A stretch of DNA of 64,000 nt from Alphaproteobacteria bacterium (GCA_021774575.1 JAJFIX010000031.1:28264-92263), one strand, 5' to 3'; shown: positions 33,143-44,425, counted from the stretch's first letter. Numbers and translations: made by a program. Notes: generated by a model not told the origin, from the sequence alone.

Positions 33143-34338
33143 GTCGGGCCAACGGTGGCGACAGCTTGGGCGGCGATGCCTTCGCCGCGACCGGTGAAAC
33201 CAAGTCGTTCCGTTGTTGTTGCCTTAACGCTAATTTGTGTCGGCGCGACCCCGCAAATTTCTGCCAATCGCGCGGTCATAGCGGTGCGGTGCGGGCCGAT
33301 TTTCGGCGCTTCGCATATCAAGGTGATATCGAGGTGAATGAGGTCCAGTCCGGCTTTTTGGGCAAGGGCAACGGCATGTTCGAGAAATATGTGGGATGCC
33401 GTTCCCTTCCATTGGGGGTCGGTGGGCGGAAAATGATCGCCGATATCGCCGGCGCCCAAAGCCCCCAAAATTGCATCGGTTGCCGCGTGCAAGCCAACAT
33501 CGGCGTCCGAATGTCCGGCCAGTTCATAGGGATGGGGGATCGCCACGCCGCATAAAATGACGTTCACGTTGTTCTTGTGATCCGGTCCACCGGGACTTTT
33601 GTCAAAGGCGTGAACATCAATACCGAAGCCGACCCTGGTCTGCATGGTTGCCTCTCCGAGCGCGACGGCGGCGCGATCAAGATCGGTCGCCGTAGTGACC
33701 TTGAAGTTTTCACTGTTGCCCTCGACGATGGTGACTCTTAATCCCGCCGCGCGGGCCACGGCAGCGTCGTCGGTGTGGTTTTGGTTGGAATTGGCGGCTG
33801 TTTGATGGGCGGCCAAAATGTCGGAATACCGAAAACCCTGAGGCGTTTGGGCGGCCCAAAGCTGAGACCTATCGACGGTTTCCTCGATCAGCCCCTCTTG
33901 AACCCGGGCGATGCTGTCGCTGACGGCGCGGGCCGCGATAGCGCCCATACCAATATCTGTCGCCTCGATGACTTTTGATATTGTATCGACGTCGACCAAG
34001 GGGCGCGCCGCGTCGTGAATAAGGACACTTTCGGGTGGGTCGCTGGCAAGATCCACCAATCCCAGGCGGACTGAATCCTGGCGCGAAGAGCCGCCATTAA
34101 TTGGCGGTCCCAGCTTTTCGCTGGCCGAGCCTAGTTCGGCTGTGGCTTGATCATAAAGTTGCCGGTCATCGGGATGGATGACTACCCGAATTGTGTCGAT
34201 GCTTTGGTGGCGGGCAAAGCAAAGAATAGTGTGGTGCAGCATCATTCTGCCTTCGATAGGGCAATATTGCTTTGGGATCTCGGCACCGAAGCGGTGACCG
34301 CGTCCGGCGGCTACAATGAGGGCAGCGATGCGTGGCAT
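33139..34338 (-). CDS. ispDF: Bifunctional IspD/IspF (MEP pathway)
   Basis: AAGRGHRFG..PKQY, LIHDAARP, QTPQGF; GIDVH, GHSDADV, KATTTERLGFTGR; start at MPRIAAL. Confidence 0.95.
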   Translation of the reverse strand: MPRIAALIVAAGRGHRFGAEIPKQYCPIEGRMMLHHTILCFARHQSIDTIRVVIHPDDRQLYDQATAELGSASEKLGPPINGGSSRQDSVRLGLVDLASDPPESVLIHDAARPLVDVDTISKVIEATDIGMGAIAARAVSDSIARVQEGLIEETVDRSQLWAAQTPQGFRYSDILAAHQTAANSNQNHTDDAAVARAAGLRVTIVEGNSENFKVTTATDLDRAAVALGEATMQTRVGFGIDVHAFDKSPGGPDHKNNVNVILCGVAIPHPYELAGHSDADVGLHAATDAILGALGAGDIGDHFPPTDPQWKGTASHIFLEHAVALAQKAGLDLIHLDITLICEAPKIGPHRTAMTARLAEICGVAPTQISVKATTTERLGFTGRGEGIAAQAVATVGPT

Positions 34339-34450
34339 TTTGTTCAAACAAATTCGACGATTACAAAAGGGTTGGCGGAGACTACAGCGCAATCACAGCA
34401 TTGCCAATATATCGATTTAGGCTTATGAACCAGGGCATAAAAGAATTGAT

Positions 34451-34495
34451 TGCCTAACAATTAGACAGAAATTATACTTGCACAAATTATGACCA
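34451..34495. promoter_or_regulatory. Two NtrC-like boxes at the dusB-ntrBC promoter/start
   Basis: TGCCT-AACAATT-AGACA (34451-34467) and TGCAC-AAATTAT-GACCA (34479-34495), versus consensus TGCAC-N7-GTGCA with AT-rich centre. Confidence 0.6.
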
Positions 34496-35505
34496 TTCAA
34501 GTTGGCCCCCTCAGTCTCGACGCGCCGGTGATCTTGGCGCCGATGTCAGGCATCACAGATCGACCATTCCGCCGATTGGCCCGGCGATATGGTGCTGGGC
34601 TGGTGGTTTCGGAAATGATCGCCGGCCCTGAACTTTTACGCCAGACGACAAAAACTCGGCGCCGCACGATGCGCAGTCATGATGAGGGCGTAAATGCCGT
34701 TCAACTGGTCGGTATTGACCCGGCGATTATGGCCGAAGCGGCAAAGTTTTGCGCCGATGAAGGCGCAGAGATCATCGATATAAATTTCGGCTGCCCGACC
34801 AAGAAAGTGACGAAAAAGGCGTCGGGTTCGGCGATCATGCGAGACGAGGGGCTGGCCACCCGGATAATGGCCGCCGTCGTGGCGGCGGTCGATGTCCCGG
34901 TAACAGTAAAAATGCGCCTGGGCTGGGATGACAGTCAGCGTAATGCACCGGGCCTGGCTGCGATGGCCCAGGATGTCGGCATACAAATGATTACGGTCCA
35001 TGGGCGGACCCGCTGCCAAATGTTTAATGGCAGCGCTGATTGGAACTTCCTCGGTGAGGTGAAATCAGCCGTGACCATCCCGGTGGTAGCCAATGGCGAT
35101 ATCACCAGCATTGATCAAGCACGTAAGTGCTTGCAGATTTCCGGGTGCGACGGCGTGATGATTGGCCGAGCCAGTCTGGGCCGCCCATGGTTGCCAGGAC
35201 GGATAGCGGCGGCGCTGACAGGACGCGCCATGCCAGCGGAATTGAACGCTAGCGAGCGGCTGAAGATCGTGCTGGAACATTTCGATGGATTGCTCGATCT
35301 ATACGGATTTGCCACCGGAATGCGCGTGTCGCGCAAGCATTTTGCTTGGTATGCGCAGGCAGCAGCAGCGGATAATTGCAAGGGGCTGGAAACGTCGGGA
35401 GCGACCGGCTTGATGAAAGCAATCGTTCAATGCCGACGCGCCGATGAAGTTCGTCGGGTGCTGGCTAAATATTTTGATCCAACTCTTCATCCGGTCAACC
35501 TGTGA
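34489..35505 (+). CDS. dusB: tRNA-dihydrouridine synthase B (NifR3 family)
   Basis: LAPMSGITD, IDINFGCP, VKMRLGWD, VHGRT, ANGDI, MIGR; first gene of the ntrBC operon. Confidence 0.94.
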   Translation: MTIQVGPLSLDAPVILAPMSGITDRPFRRLARRYGAGLVVSEMIAGPELLRQTTKTRRRTMRSHDEGVNAVQLVGIDPAIMAEAAKFCADEGAEIIDINFGCPTKKVTKKASGSAIMRDEGLATRIMAAVVAAVDVPVTVKMRLGWDDSQRNAPGLAAMAQDVGIQMITVHGRTRCQMFNGSADWNFLGEVKSAVTIPVVANGDITSIDQARKCLQISGCDGVMIGRASLGRPWLPGRIAAALTGRAMPAELNASERLKIVLEHFDGLLDLYGFATGMRVSRKHFAWYAQAAAADNCKGLETSGATGLMKAIVQCRRADEVRRVLAKYFDPTLHPVNL

Positions 35506-36626
35506 CCGGGTCTTTGCAAACCGGTGCGGAGAGGAACAATTGCCGGCAGATAGACCCGGCTTTGGTGTTGAGTGCGATCGGTGAAATCGTGTTGGTCGTT
35601 GGCGATGGGGATAGCATTCTTTTTGCCAACCCGGCAGCCGAACATTTTTTCAGCATGAGCGCCGCCGTTTTGAAAAGCCATACTTTGGGCGATTTTTTGG
35701 CCGAGGACAGTATTTTGGCAAATGTTGTTGATCAGGCACGGCGAACCGGGGCGAACGTACTCGAGTCTGAAATATCACTAGAAGGGCCGCGTATCGAGCG
35801 GTGCCAAGTCAGCATTCGGGCGGGGCATTTGGGCGACACTGTCGGGCCAATCGTCGTTTCTCTGCATGAACGATCGATCACCCGCAAAATTGATCGCCAA
35901 TTACTTCATCGCACCGCGGCGCGTTCGGTCACGGCAATGGCGCAAATGTTGGCCCATGAAGTCAAAAACCCACTCTCGGGAATTCGCGGGGCCGCTCAGT
36001 TACTGGCCCAAACGATCGATAGTGGCGACCGTAAACTCACTCAACTTATCTGTGATGAGACCGACAGGATTGTCAGGCTTGTTGATCGTATGGAAGTTTT
36101 TTCCGATGGGCCGTCCCTAGACCGGGAACCGGTAAATATTCATGAGGTGCTGCATCATGTGCATGACCTGGCGCATTCGGGTTTTTCAAATAGGGTAAGG
36201 CTGGTTGAAGATTATGACCCATCTTTGCCGCCGGTAATTGGTAATCGCGACCAACTCATCCAAGTCTTCCTGAATTTGGTCAAAAATGCGGGCGAGGCCC
36301 TCCTGGAGGGCAGTGGCGAAATTGTCATTCAAACGAGCTATAATCACGGAATGCGCGTCGCACCAATTGGCGGTGAGACCCGGATTGATCTGCCATTGAA
36401 AGTAACTATCCGCGATAGTGGCACCGGCGTGTCGGAAGATCTTTACCGTCAAATTTTTGATCCCTTCGTAACGACAAAACAAAACGGATCAGGGCTTGGT
36501 CTTGCCTTGGTGGCGAAAATTATTAATGACCATGGCGGGATCGTGGATTTGGAAAGTATCCCAGGTCGCACCGAGTTCCACGTTCTGCTTCCATTAAACG
36601 AAAATAACACCCGGCAAGGGGAGTAG
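35502..36626 (+). CDS. ntrB: Nitrogen regulation histidine kinase NtrB
   Basis: PAS-like N-terminus, LAHEVKNPLSGIRGAAQLL, NLVKNA, DSGTG, GSGLGL. Confidence 0.95.
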   Translation: MTGSLQTGAERNNCRQIDPALVLSAIGEIVLVVGDGDSILFANPAAEHFFSMSAAVLKSHTLGDFLAEDSILANVVDQARRTGANVLESEISLEGPRIERCQVSIRAGHLGDTVGPIVVSLHERSITRKIDRQLLHRTAARSVTAMAQMLAHEVKNPLSGIRGAAQLLAQTIDSGDRKLTQLICDETDRIVRLVDRMEVFSDGPSLDREPVNIHEVLHHVHDLAHSGFSNRVRLVEDYDPSLPPVIGNRDQLIQVFLNLVKNAGEALLEGSGEIVIQTSYNHGMRVAPIGGETRIDLPLKVTIRDSGTGVSEDLYRQIFDPFVTTKQNGSGLGLALVAKIINDHGGIVDLESIPGRTEFHVLLPLNENNTRQGE

Positions 36627-36632
36627 CGGGAT

Positions 36633-38069
36633 ATGGCGACTATTCTTGTGGCCGATGACGATAGTGCCATTCGCACAGTGGTAAGCCAGGCCCTCGCCCG
36701 GGCCGGTCACGAGGTGCGGGCAACTGGATTGGCAGCGACATTGTGGCGTTGGATCGAGGACGGGCAGGGGGATTTAGTGATAACCGACGTTGTCATGCCC
36801 GACGAAAATGGTCTCGACATGATCCCGCGTATTCGCAAAATTCGCGCCGATCTGAAAGTTATTGCGATGAGCGCACAAAATACGGTTTTGACTGCGGTGA
36901 AGGCCGCAGAACGAGGGGCATTCGAGTATCTGCCAAAGCCGTTTGATTTGGATGTGTTGCTACTAACCGTGGACCGCGCTCTGGTAAAGCCGGCGCAAGG
37001 TGATGGCAGCGGATATGCTGCGGCATCTGAAGATGAGGGGCTGCCACTGATCGGTCGTTCTCCGGCGATGCAAGATGTCTATCGGGTGATTGGCCGTTTG
37101 GTGACGACGGATTTGTCGGTTGTGGTTACGGGCGAATCGGGAACGGGAAAAGAATTGGTCGCCCGCGCCATTCATGATTTCAGCGGTCGCAAACATGGGC
37201 CCTTTATCGCCATAAATATGGCCGCAATCCCGAAAGAATTGATCGAGAGCGAGTTGTTCGGCCATGAGCGCGGGGCTTTTACCGGTGCGACGCAGCGTTC
37301 GGAAGGTCGGTTTGAGCAGGCCGATGGTGGCACTCTTTTCCTTGATGAGATCGGTGATATGCCGCTTGAAGCGCAAACAAGGCTATTGCGCGTCTTGCAA
37401 GAGGGAGAATTCACATCAGTCGGCGGGCGGACACCAATCCGTGTCGATGTGCGAATTATTGCGGCCACCCATCGCGATCTTGCGCAAGCTGTGCGCCATC
37501 GTCTGTTTCGCGAAGATCTATTCTACCGCTTGAATGTGGTCCCATTACGGTTACCGCCTTTGCGTGAACGCAGTTCCGATATTCCCGATTTGGTCAGGCA
37601 TTTTTTGACCGAGGCCCAGGCGTCGGGATTGCCCGCAAAAACGGTTGATGCGGTAGCCCTCGAGCGGCTAAAGCACCATCGTTGGCCAGGCAATGTCCGC
37701 GAACTGGAAAACCTTGTTCGTCGATTGACGGCTCTTTATTCGGAAAACAATATTTCGATTGAAATTATTAATGCTGAATTAGCTGACGTTGTATCGGATG
37801 CGCCGAGCCAAATTGCCCCCGATGAGTCGCTCAGCGAAGCTGTCGAGCGGCATTTGCGCGCCTATTTTGTCGCCCATGAAGACGAATTGCCAACTGCGGG
37901 CCTTTATGACCGGGTGTTGCGAGAAATTGAACGTCCGTTAATAACCTTGTGTCTGAATGCGACGAATGGCAATCAGATAAAGGCGGCCGATGTTCTTGGC
38001 TTAAATCGAAATACCTTGCGCAAAAAAATCCGCAGCCTTGAAATCGAGGTCGTGCGTGGCGCTCAATAA
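36633..38069 (+). CDS. ntrC: Nitrogen regulation response regulator NtrC (sigma54 activator)
   Basis: REC domain, GESGTGKE, intact GAFTGA, FLDEIGD, Fis-type [15 protein letters not shown]. Confidence 0.96.
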   Translation: MATILVADDDSAIRTVVSQALARAGHEVRATGLAATLWRWIEDGQGDLVITDVVMPDENGLDMIPRIRKIRADLKVIAMSAQNTVLTAVKAAERGAFEYLPKPFDLDVLLLTVDRALVKPAQGDGSGYAAASEDEGLPLIGRSPAMQDVYRVIGRLVTTDLSVVVTGESGTGKELVARAIHDFSGRKHGPFIAINMAAIPKELIESELFGHERGAFTGATQRSEGRFEQADGGTLFLDEIGDMPLEAQTRLLRVLQEGEFTSVGGRTPIRVDVRIIAATHRDLAQAVRHRLFREDLFYRLNVVPLRLPPLRERSSDIPDLVRHFLTEAQASGLPAKTVDAVALERLKHHRWPGNVRELENLVRRLTALYSENNISIEIINAELADVVSDAPSQIAPDESLSEAVERHLRAYFVAHEDELPTAGLYDRVLREIERPLITLCLNATNGNQIKAADVLGLNRNTLRKKIRSLEIEVVRGAQ

Positions 38070-38275
38070 GCAAGCATGAGGCAAAACTAAGTGCCGGCCA
38101 GGTAGATGCAGACCGTTCTCGTTTCGGCTCCTGGGTTATGCTATAGCGATCAAATGTTCGGCGCATCGCGGCGGATTTGACCTCAACCTTGAGCGGGTGG
38201 CCCAAGGTCAATGGTTTCTTTTTCCAGCGGTTACGCCCCTAATTTGGCCCCCCGAGGAGTTCTGACCCAAGTATC

Positions 38276-40537
38276 ATGTCTGAGCCAATCGAAACATCAA
38301 AACAACGGTCACCTGCAAAATTGTTACGCCGCGCGAGAATTTGGGCGGCACAAACCGGCCTCGGGCGACGGCTGGTGTTTTTGTTGTTTGCAATCGCCGT
38401 AATTGCCGGTGTTTTCTCATTCTTGGTTTTAAGTGAAAATATTGGGACCGGCGTTTCCGAAGAACTTGTCTGGTGGGTATTGGTTTCGGATCTTGCTCTG
38501 GTATTGACGCTGGCGGGGGTAATTACGTGGGGACTGGTGCGATTATGGGCCCGACGGCGCACCGGGGCGGCGGGCGCCCAGCTCCATGTAAGATTGGTCG
38601 CCTTATTCGCCGTTTTGACCGTTGCACCGGCGATCGTCGTCGCTGGCCTAGCGGCCGGCTTTTTCAACGCGGAAATGCGGAGTTGGTTTAGCGAGAGCGT
38701 GCAGACCACTGTCGAAAACTCAAAATTAATTTCAGCAGTCTATTTGCAAGAGCATCTTGAGGTGATCAAAGCCGACGCGTTGATGACCAAGATTGACCTG
38801 GAAAACAGGTGGCTGCTTATTCGCCGCAATCCGCGGATGATAGAGGATTTATTAAACGCGGAAGTGCAAAACCGACGATTGACCGCGATGATCGTGTTTG
38901 ATGAACAAGGCCGGATCATTGCCAGCAGCGGCATCACCAGCACAATTATGTTTTCGCAAATACCACCCGAAGTGCTGGAAATGGCGAATGCGGACCGGGT
39001 CGCGCTGATCGATGTGCCGAACGATCGAATTGCTCGGGTGCGCGGACTGGTTCGACTGCGGACGGTGCCGCGCACATATCTCTACGTTGATCGACTTATT
39101 GATCGCGACGTGATGAATTTCTTGCGCCAATCGGAGCAAGCCGCGGCGCAATATGAAGAGCTGCAAGAAGAACGATTGGGGATCGAGTTTACCCTTGTCG
39201 GTTTGTTTGTTCTGGTGACTGGGTTGCTGTTGTTATCGGCGGTGGGCATTGGTTTGGCCTTTGCCAATCGGCTCGCGGCTCCCTTGGGAAGACTGGTCGA
39301 AGCGGCCGAGCAAGTGCGGCAGGGAAATTTGAGCGTGCGGCTTGGCGCCGATGTGGCGGAAGGCGAATTTGGTACGTTGGCACGGGCATTTAACCGAATG
39401 ACCCGGCAACTTGATGAACAGCATGGAGAACTCATTTCTGCCAATCGCGAGCTCGAAGAACGGCGACGTTTCACCGAGGCCATTCTGTCAGGGGTAACGG
39501 CGGGTGTTATCGGCCTTGACGCCGAAGGCAGGGTCAATTTGCCAAATCGGTCGGCGGGGGCATTGCTCGGATTGAAATTGGATGAAATGCAGGGCAATCC
39601 GCTCGCCCAGATCGTACCCGAAGTCGCTGACTTGCTGGCGCGGGCGCGACGGGATCCTCAGCGCTTGGTTGAGGGTGAGATACAGGTTGAGCAGCCGGCG
39701 GGCGTCCATACGTTCCTTGTCAGGATCGCCGCCGATCAAAGTGACGAGGGACAAATCGAAGGGTTTGTCGCCACTTTTGACGACATGTCAGAGCTTGTAC
39801 AAGCCCAGCGAACGGCTGCATGGGCTGACGTAGCGCGGCGTATTGCTCACGAAATCAAAAACCCCTTAACGCCGATCCAACTCTCGGCGGAGCGGTTAAA
39901 ACGGAAATATTTGAAACAAATTTCCGACGATCCAGATACTTTCGTCCAGTGTACCGATACGATTGTCCGTCAAGTTGGCGATATCGGACGAATGGTTGAC
40001 GAATTTTCCTCTTTCGCGCGCATGCCAGCGCCCAAAATGGTCCTCAGCGATTTAGTATCAATTTGTCGGGATGCAGTATTTTTGCAGAGAAATGCGCATC
40101 CGGGCATAAAAATTAACCATGACTTGCCAACGGAAAAATGCGCGATTGGCTGCGATGAACATCTGGTAAGTCAGGCGGTTACCAATTTATTGCAGAATGC
40201 AGCCGACGCAATTACCGGTGCACAGGTGAAAAATATTGATAAGACGGGTGGCGGTCGGATCGATTTGACCCTAAAGTCAGGTTCTGGCTATGTGTTGATC
40301 GAAGTTTTAGACGATGGTCCTGGCTTACCGACTAAGGTTCGAGACCGATTAACTGAGCCATACGTGACGACCCGTGCCGAGGGCACGGGATTAGGTTTGG
40401 CAATAGTAAACAAGATAATGGAAGATCATGGGGGCGAGTTGCGGTTGAGTGACCGTGATGACGGAAAGACGGGGGCTCGGGTTGAGCTAATCTTTGACGC
40501 CCATGCAAATACTTCCCTGAAAGCGAAGGCTGGCTAA
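38276..40537 (+). CDS. ntrY: Sensor histidine kinase NtrY
   Basis: N-terminal TMs, HAMP, PAS, AWADVARRIAHEIKNPLTPIQLSAERL. Confidence 0.94.
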   Translation: MSEPIETSKQRSPAKLLRRARIWAAQTGLGRRLVFLLFAIAVIAGVFSFLVLSENIGTGVSEELVWWVLVSDLALVLTLAGVITWGLVRLWARRRTGAAGAQLHVRLVALFAVLTVAPAIVVAGLAAGFFNAEMRSWFSESVQTTVENSKLISAVYLQEHLEVIKADALMTKIDLENRWLLIRRNPRMIEDLLNAEVQNRRLTAMIVFDEQGRIIASSGITSTIMFSQIPPEVLEMANADRVALIDVPNDRIARVRGLVRLRTVPRTYLYVDRLIDRDVMNFLRQSEQAAAQYEELQEERLGIEFTLVGLFVLVTGLLLLSAVGIGLAFANRLAAPLGRLVEAAEQVRQGNLSVRLGADVAEGEFGTLARAFNRMTRQLDEQHGELISANRELEERRRFTEAILSGVTAGVIGLDAEGRVNLPNRSAGALLGLKLDEMQGNPLAQIVPEVADLLARARRDPQRLVEGEIQVEQPAGVHTFLVRIAADQSDEGQIEGFVATFDDMSELVQAQRTAAWADVARRIAHEIKNPLTPIQLSAERLKRKYLKQISDDPDTFVQCTDTIVRQVGDIGRMVDEFSSFARMPAPKMVLSDLVSICRDAVFLQRNAHPGIKINHDLPTEKCAIGCDEHLVSQAVTNLLQNAADAITGAQVKNIDKTGGGRIDLTLKSGSGYVLIEVLDDGPGLPTKVRDRLTEPYVTTRAEGTGLGLAIVNKIMEDHGGELRLSDRDDGKTGARVELIFDAHANTSLKAKAG

Positions 40538-40612
40538 CGCAGGCTGGTAGCGAATATGGCAAAGGGTTTGGTAATTTGATCTGGACAACGGCGAAAAAAA
40601 AGGTCGTCAACA

Positions 40613-42043
40613 ATGGCGCATGACATATTAATTGTCGATGATGAGGACGATATTCGTTTTCAAATTTCGGGAATACTTAACGACGAAGGTTACGACACGC
40701 GAGAGGCACATAGTGATGTCACTGCTCTCCAAGAGATGGAATCTCGTCGGCCTAGTCTGGTTATTCTCGATATCTGGCTCGAAGGCAGCCAACGTGATGG
40801 AATTGAGCTCCTGAAAATTATTCATCAGGAACATCCCGACGTTCCTGTTGTTATTATCAGCGGGCACGGCACCATTGAGATGGCCGTGCAGGCGATACGT
40901 TTTGGCGCCTATGATTTTATTGAAAAACCGTTCAAGGCCGACCGGTTGCTGCTGATCATTCAACGGGCCATGGAATCGACACGCCTGAAGCGGGAAAATC
41001 AGGAATTACGGGCGAGAACCGGTGGTAAGGTAGAGCTTGTAGGCGCATCGCAACCGATTAGCCAGCTTCGACAATCCGTTGAAAAAGTGGCCCCGACGAG
41101 CAGCCGCGTTCTCATAACCGGCGTATCGGGCACGGGTAAAGAGGTTATTGCTCGCCTCATTCATGCCAAATCCAAGCGAGCGGAAGGCCCGTTTGTCGTT
41201 GTTAATTGCGCCACAATGGCCCCTGAGCGAATGGAAATTGAGCTCTTCGGGACCGTCTCGGACGGGTTGGCTGAGGACGGTTCGGGCAAAGTTGGTCTGT
41301 TTGAGCAGGCACATGGAGGCACCTTATTTCTTGACGAAGTGCCTGATATGCCCATGGAAACGCAGGGAAAAATTGTCCGCGTTCTTCAGGAGCAGACCTT
41401 TGAACGGGTCGGCGGTGGCGGCCGAGTGGAAGTTAGTGTTCGCGTGATCGCCAGTACGTCTAAGGATTTGCCCGAAATGATCTCTCTGGGTGGATTCCGG
41501 GAGGATCTATATTATCGGCTCAACGTCGTTCCGCTGGCAGTACCACCGCTTGCCGAGCGGCGTGAGGATATACCTGCCTTAACCGAATATTTCATGAATA
41601 GGGCTGCTGAGGTCAGTGGGTCGACGCCACGCAAAATCGGACCCGATGCCATGGCGGCGTTACAAGCCTATGACTGGCCGGGCAATGTCCGCCAACTCCA
41701 CAATGTGGTCGATTGGTTACTGATTATGGTGTCGGGCGACGGTGAGCAGCTTGTTCGGGCAGACATGCTCCCCCCAGAAATCGGAACGATTACGCCGCCG
41801 ATCCTGCGTTTCGAGCAATCCTTCGAGTTTCTCGGTCTGCCTTTGCGCGACGCACGCGAGGAATTTGAACGGCAATATTTAGGCGCCCAGGTTACTCGTT
41901 TTGGCGGCAACATATCGAGAACGGCAAATTTCGTCGGTATGGAACGCTCTGCTCTGCATCGCAAATTGAAATCACTGGGTGTGCAGGGTGGAAATCAGGA
42001 CGCGCAGCAGCCTCGCGAAGAGGGACTTTCCCGCAGTGCCTGA
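40613..42043 (+). CDS. ntrX: Response regulator NtrX
   Basis: LDIWLEGS receiver, AAA+ without GAFTGA, GMERSALHRKLK HTH. Confidence 0.95.
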   Translation: MAHDILIVDDEDDIRFQISGILNDEGYDTREAHSDVTALQEMESRRPSLVILDIWLEGSQRDGIELLKIIHQEHPDVPVVIISGHGTIEMAVQAIRFGAYDFIEKPFKADRLLLIIQRAMESTRLKRENQELRARTGGKVELVGASQPISQLRQSVEKVAPTSSRVLITGVSGTGKEVIARLIHAKSKRAEGPFVVVNCATMAPERMEIELFGTVSDGLAEDGSGKVGLFEQAHGGTLFLDEVPDMPMETQGKIVRVLQEQTFERVGGGGRVEVSVRVIASTSKDLPEMISLGGFREDLYYRLNVVPLAVPPLAERREDIPALTEYFMNRAAEVSGSTPRKIGPDAMAALQAYDWPGNVRQLHNVVDWLLIMVSGDGEQLVRADMLPPEIGTITPPILRFEQSFEFLGLPLRDAREEFERQYLGAQVTRFGGNISRTANFVGMERSALHRKLKSLGVQGGNQDAQQPREEGLSRSA

Positions 42044-42150
42044 TTGGCTCGCCCAGAATGGGACTGAATGTCTGGGTGATGTGTTTTTTGCGCCGCCAGC
42101 ATCTTATATACTGTAGCTGGGGCAAACGGCCCCGTCGGAGATAGCCTCCT

Positions 42151-43527
42151 ATGAAAGCCATCATTTGTGGTGCTGGCCAAGTCGGTCATAATATTGCCCT
42201 TGAATTGGCGGCGGAAAAAGTTGACGTCACGGTCATCGATCAGCGCGCAGATTTGATTCAAAAAATCGGCGACAATATGGATGTGCGTGCCATTGTCGGG
42301 CATGCCTCTCACCCAGATATCTTGGAAGCCGCCGGCGCGCGCGATTGCGATATGCTAATCGCCGTTACCTTCGCCGATGAAGTGAATATGGTGGCCTGTC
42401 AGGTCGCCCAGTCTCTATTTGACGTCCCGATGAAGATTGCCCGGCTGAGGGCCCGTAGTTATTTGCAGCCAATTTGGTCGGATCTATTCAGCCGGGATAA
42501 TTTGCCGATTGATGTCATCATTTCACCGGAAATTGAGGTGGCGCGGGCAATTGGGCGCCGGCTGACTGTGCCTGGAACCTTTGACATGATCACCCTGGCA
42601 GACGACAAGCTGCGGCTGATCGGTGTCCGTTGCGGTGAGGATTGCCCCATTCTAAATACGCCGCTACGGCAATTATCGGCCCTATTTCCCGATCTGCATT
42701 TCACCACCGTCGGCCTGGTGCGCGGCGAGACGGAGATCGTACCGACACTCGACGATCAGCTGTTTGCCGGTGACGAGGTTTATATTGTTGTAAATACCGA
42801 TCATGTCGCCCGCGCCATGGCTGCTTTCGGTCACGAAGAAGCCGAGGCACGGCGCATCGTTATCGTCGGTGGCGGCAATATTGGATTGAGTTTGGCCGAG
42901 GATATAGAAGCCCATTCGTCGGGGAAAACGGCAACATTGATTGAACTTGATCCGGAAAGGGCAAAATCTGTCGCCCAAATCTGCACGCGAACGGAAATTA
43001 TTAATGGCGACGCGCTTGATCTGGAAATTCTAGAGGAAGTTAACATCGCCAAGGCCGAAACCATCATTGCTGTTACCAATGATGACGAGGTTAATATTTT
43101 GGCTTCCTTGTTGGCCAAGCGTAGCGGTGCGAAAAGTTCGATTGCCCTGATAAATACGGGAACCTATACGTCGCTGGTCGGACCTTTGGGGATTGACGTG
43201 GTGGTCAATCCAAGAACCATTACGGTCTCGACAATATTGCAATATTTCCGCCGCGGACGCATTCGATCCGTGCATTCTATACGCGATAATTTCGGCGAAA
43301 TTATTGAGGCCGAAGCACTTGAGACCTCCAGCCTTGTTGGAGTACCTCTTGGCCAAATTGAATTGCCGCCGAATGTGGTGATCGCCGCCATCGTGCATCA
43401 GGGTGAGGCAATGATGGCGACACACGAGACGGTTATTGCCGTGGGTGACAGTATCGTGCTGTTTGCCGCCAAGGGCGCGGTAAAACAGGTCGAAAAAATG
43501 CTCGCTGTTCGCCTCGAATTTTTTTGA
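42151..43527 (+). CDS. trkA: Trk potassium uptake protein TrkA
   Basis: Two RCK/NAD-binding repeats (GAGQVG, GGGNIG), 458 aa. Confidence 0.95.
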   Translation: MKAIICGAGQVGHNIALELAAEKVDVTVIDQRADLIQKIGDNMDVRAIVGHASHPDILEAAGARDCDMLIAVTFADEVNMVACQVAQSLFDVPMKIARLRARSYLQPIWSDLFSRDNLPIDVIISPEIEVARAIGRRLTVPGTFDMITLADDKLRLIGVRCGEDCPILNTPLRQLSALFPDLHFTTVGLVRGETEIVPTLDDQLFAGDEVYIVVNTDHVARAMAAFGHEEAEARRIVIVGGGNIGLSLAEDIEAHSSGKTATLIELDPERAKSVAQICTRTEIINGDALDLEILEEVNIAKAETIIAVTNDDEVNILASLLAKRSGAKSSIALINTGTYTSLVGPLGIDVVVNPRTITVSTILQYFRRGRIRSVHSIRDNFGEIIEAEALETSSLVGVPLGQIELPPNVVIAAIVHQGEAMMATHETVIAVGDSIVLFAAKGAVKQVEKMLAVRLEFF

Positions 43528-43549
43528 TATCTCATAGATAGGACTATCG

Positions 43550-44425
43550 ATGTCGCGAATTGCCTATGTTGACGGACGCTATGTCCCTCATTCCCATGCG
43601 CAGGTTTCGATGGATGACCGGGGATATCAGTTTGCCGACGGCGTCTATGAAGTTGTTACCATACGCCAAAAACGGATGGTCGATGAGCTAGGGCATCTCG
43701 CCAGATTGGATCGGTCGCTCAGGGAGTTAGAAATTGAGCGGCCGATGAAGGAACGACCGATGCGCCAAATAATGCGGCGCTTGGTCACTTTAAACAAAGT
43801 CGAAAACGGCATTCTTTATATCCAAATCACCCGTGGCGTGGCGCGCCGAGATCACGCTTTTCCAGCGGATGCAAATGCAGTCTTGGTAGTGAGCGCTAGG
43901 CCAACCAGACCGCATCCGGCAGCCTATATTGAAGACGGTGTGTCGGTTATATCCATTCCCGATATCCGCTGGGCACGCCGCGACATTAAATCGACTTCTT
44001 TATTACCCAACGTTTTGGGCAAACAACAAGCCGTAGAGGCCGGTGCCTTTGAAGCGTGGATGGTCGATGATGCGGGGGATGTTACCGAAGGGACGGCTTC
44101 CAATGCCTGGATCGTCACAAAAGAAGGACATATTATAACCCGCAATCTCGGCACTGAAATTTTAAGTGGAATAACCCGCCTGGCGGTCTTGAAAATCGCT
44201 CAGGAGAGCCAAATTAAGATTGTGGAAAGATCGTTCACACTCGAGGAAGCAAAGCAGGCCGCCGAAGCCTTCGTGACCAGCGCATCTGCCTTTGTCATGC
44301 CGGTGACCCAAATTGATGGTTCGGCAATTGGTGCCGGGAAACCTGGCCCGATCAGCCAAAAACTACGTGCTGCGTATATTGCTTTCATGGAGTTGGAACC
44401 GTTGATTTCTAACGAACTTGAATGA
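43550..44425 (+). CDS. dat: D-amino acid aminotransferase (PLP fold IV)
   Basis: DRGYQFADGVYEV, ITRG..RDHAFP, RWARRDIKSTSLLPN, EGTASN, LSGITR. Confidence 0.88.
   Translation: MSRIAYVDGRYVPHSHAQVSMDDRGYQFADGVYEVVTIRQKRMVDELGHLARLDRSLRELEIERPMKERPMRQIMRRLVTLNKVENGILYIQITRGVARRDHAFPADANAVLVVSARPTRPHPAAYIEDGVSVISIPDIRWARRDIKSTSLLPNVLGKQQAVEAGAFEAWMVDDAGDVTEGTASNAWIVTKEGHIITRNLGTEILSGITRLAVLKIAQESQIKIVERSFTLEEAKQAAEAFVTSASAFVMPVTQIDGSAIGAGKPGPISQKLRAAYIAFMELEPLISNELE

Noticed and set aside
41200..41320. NtrX lacking GAFTGA as a defect
   Set aside because: This is a known property of alphaproteobacterial NtrX.
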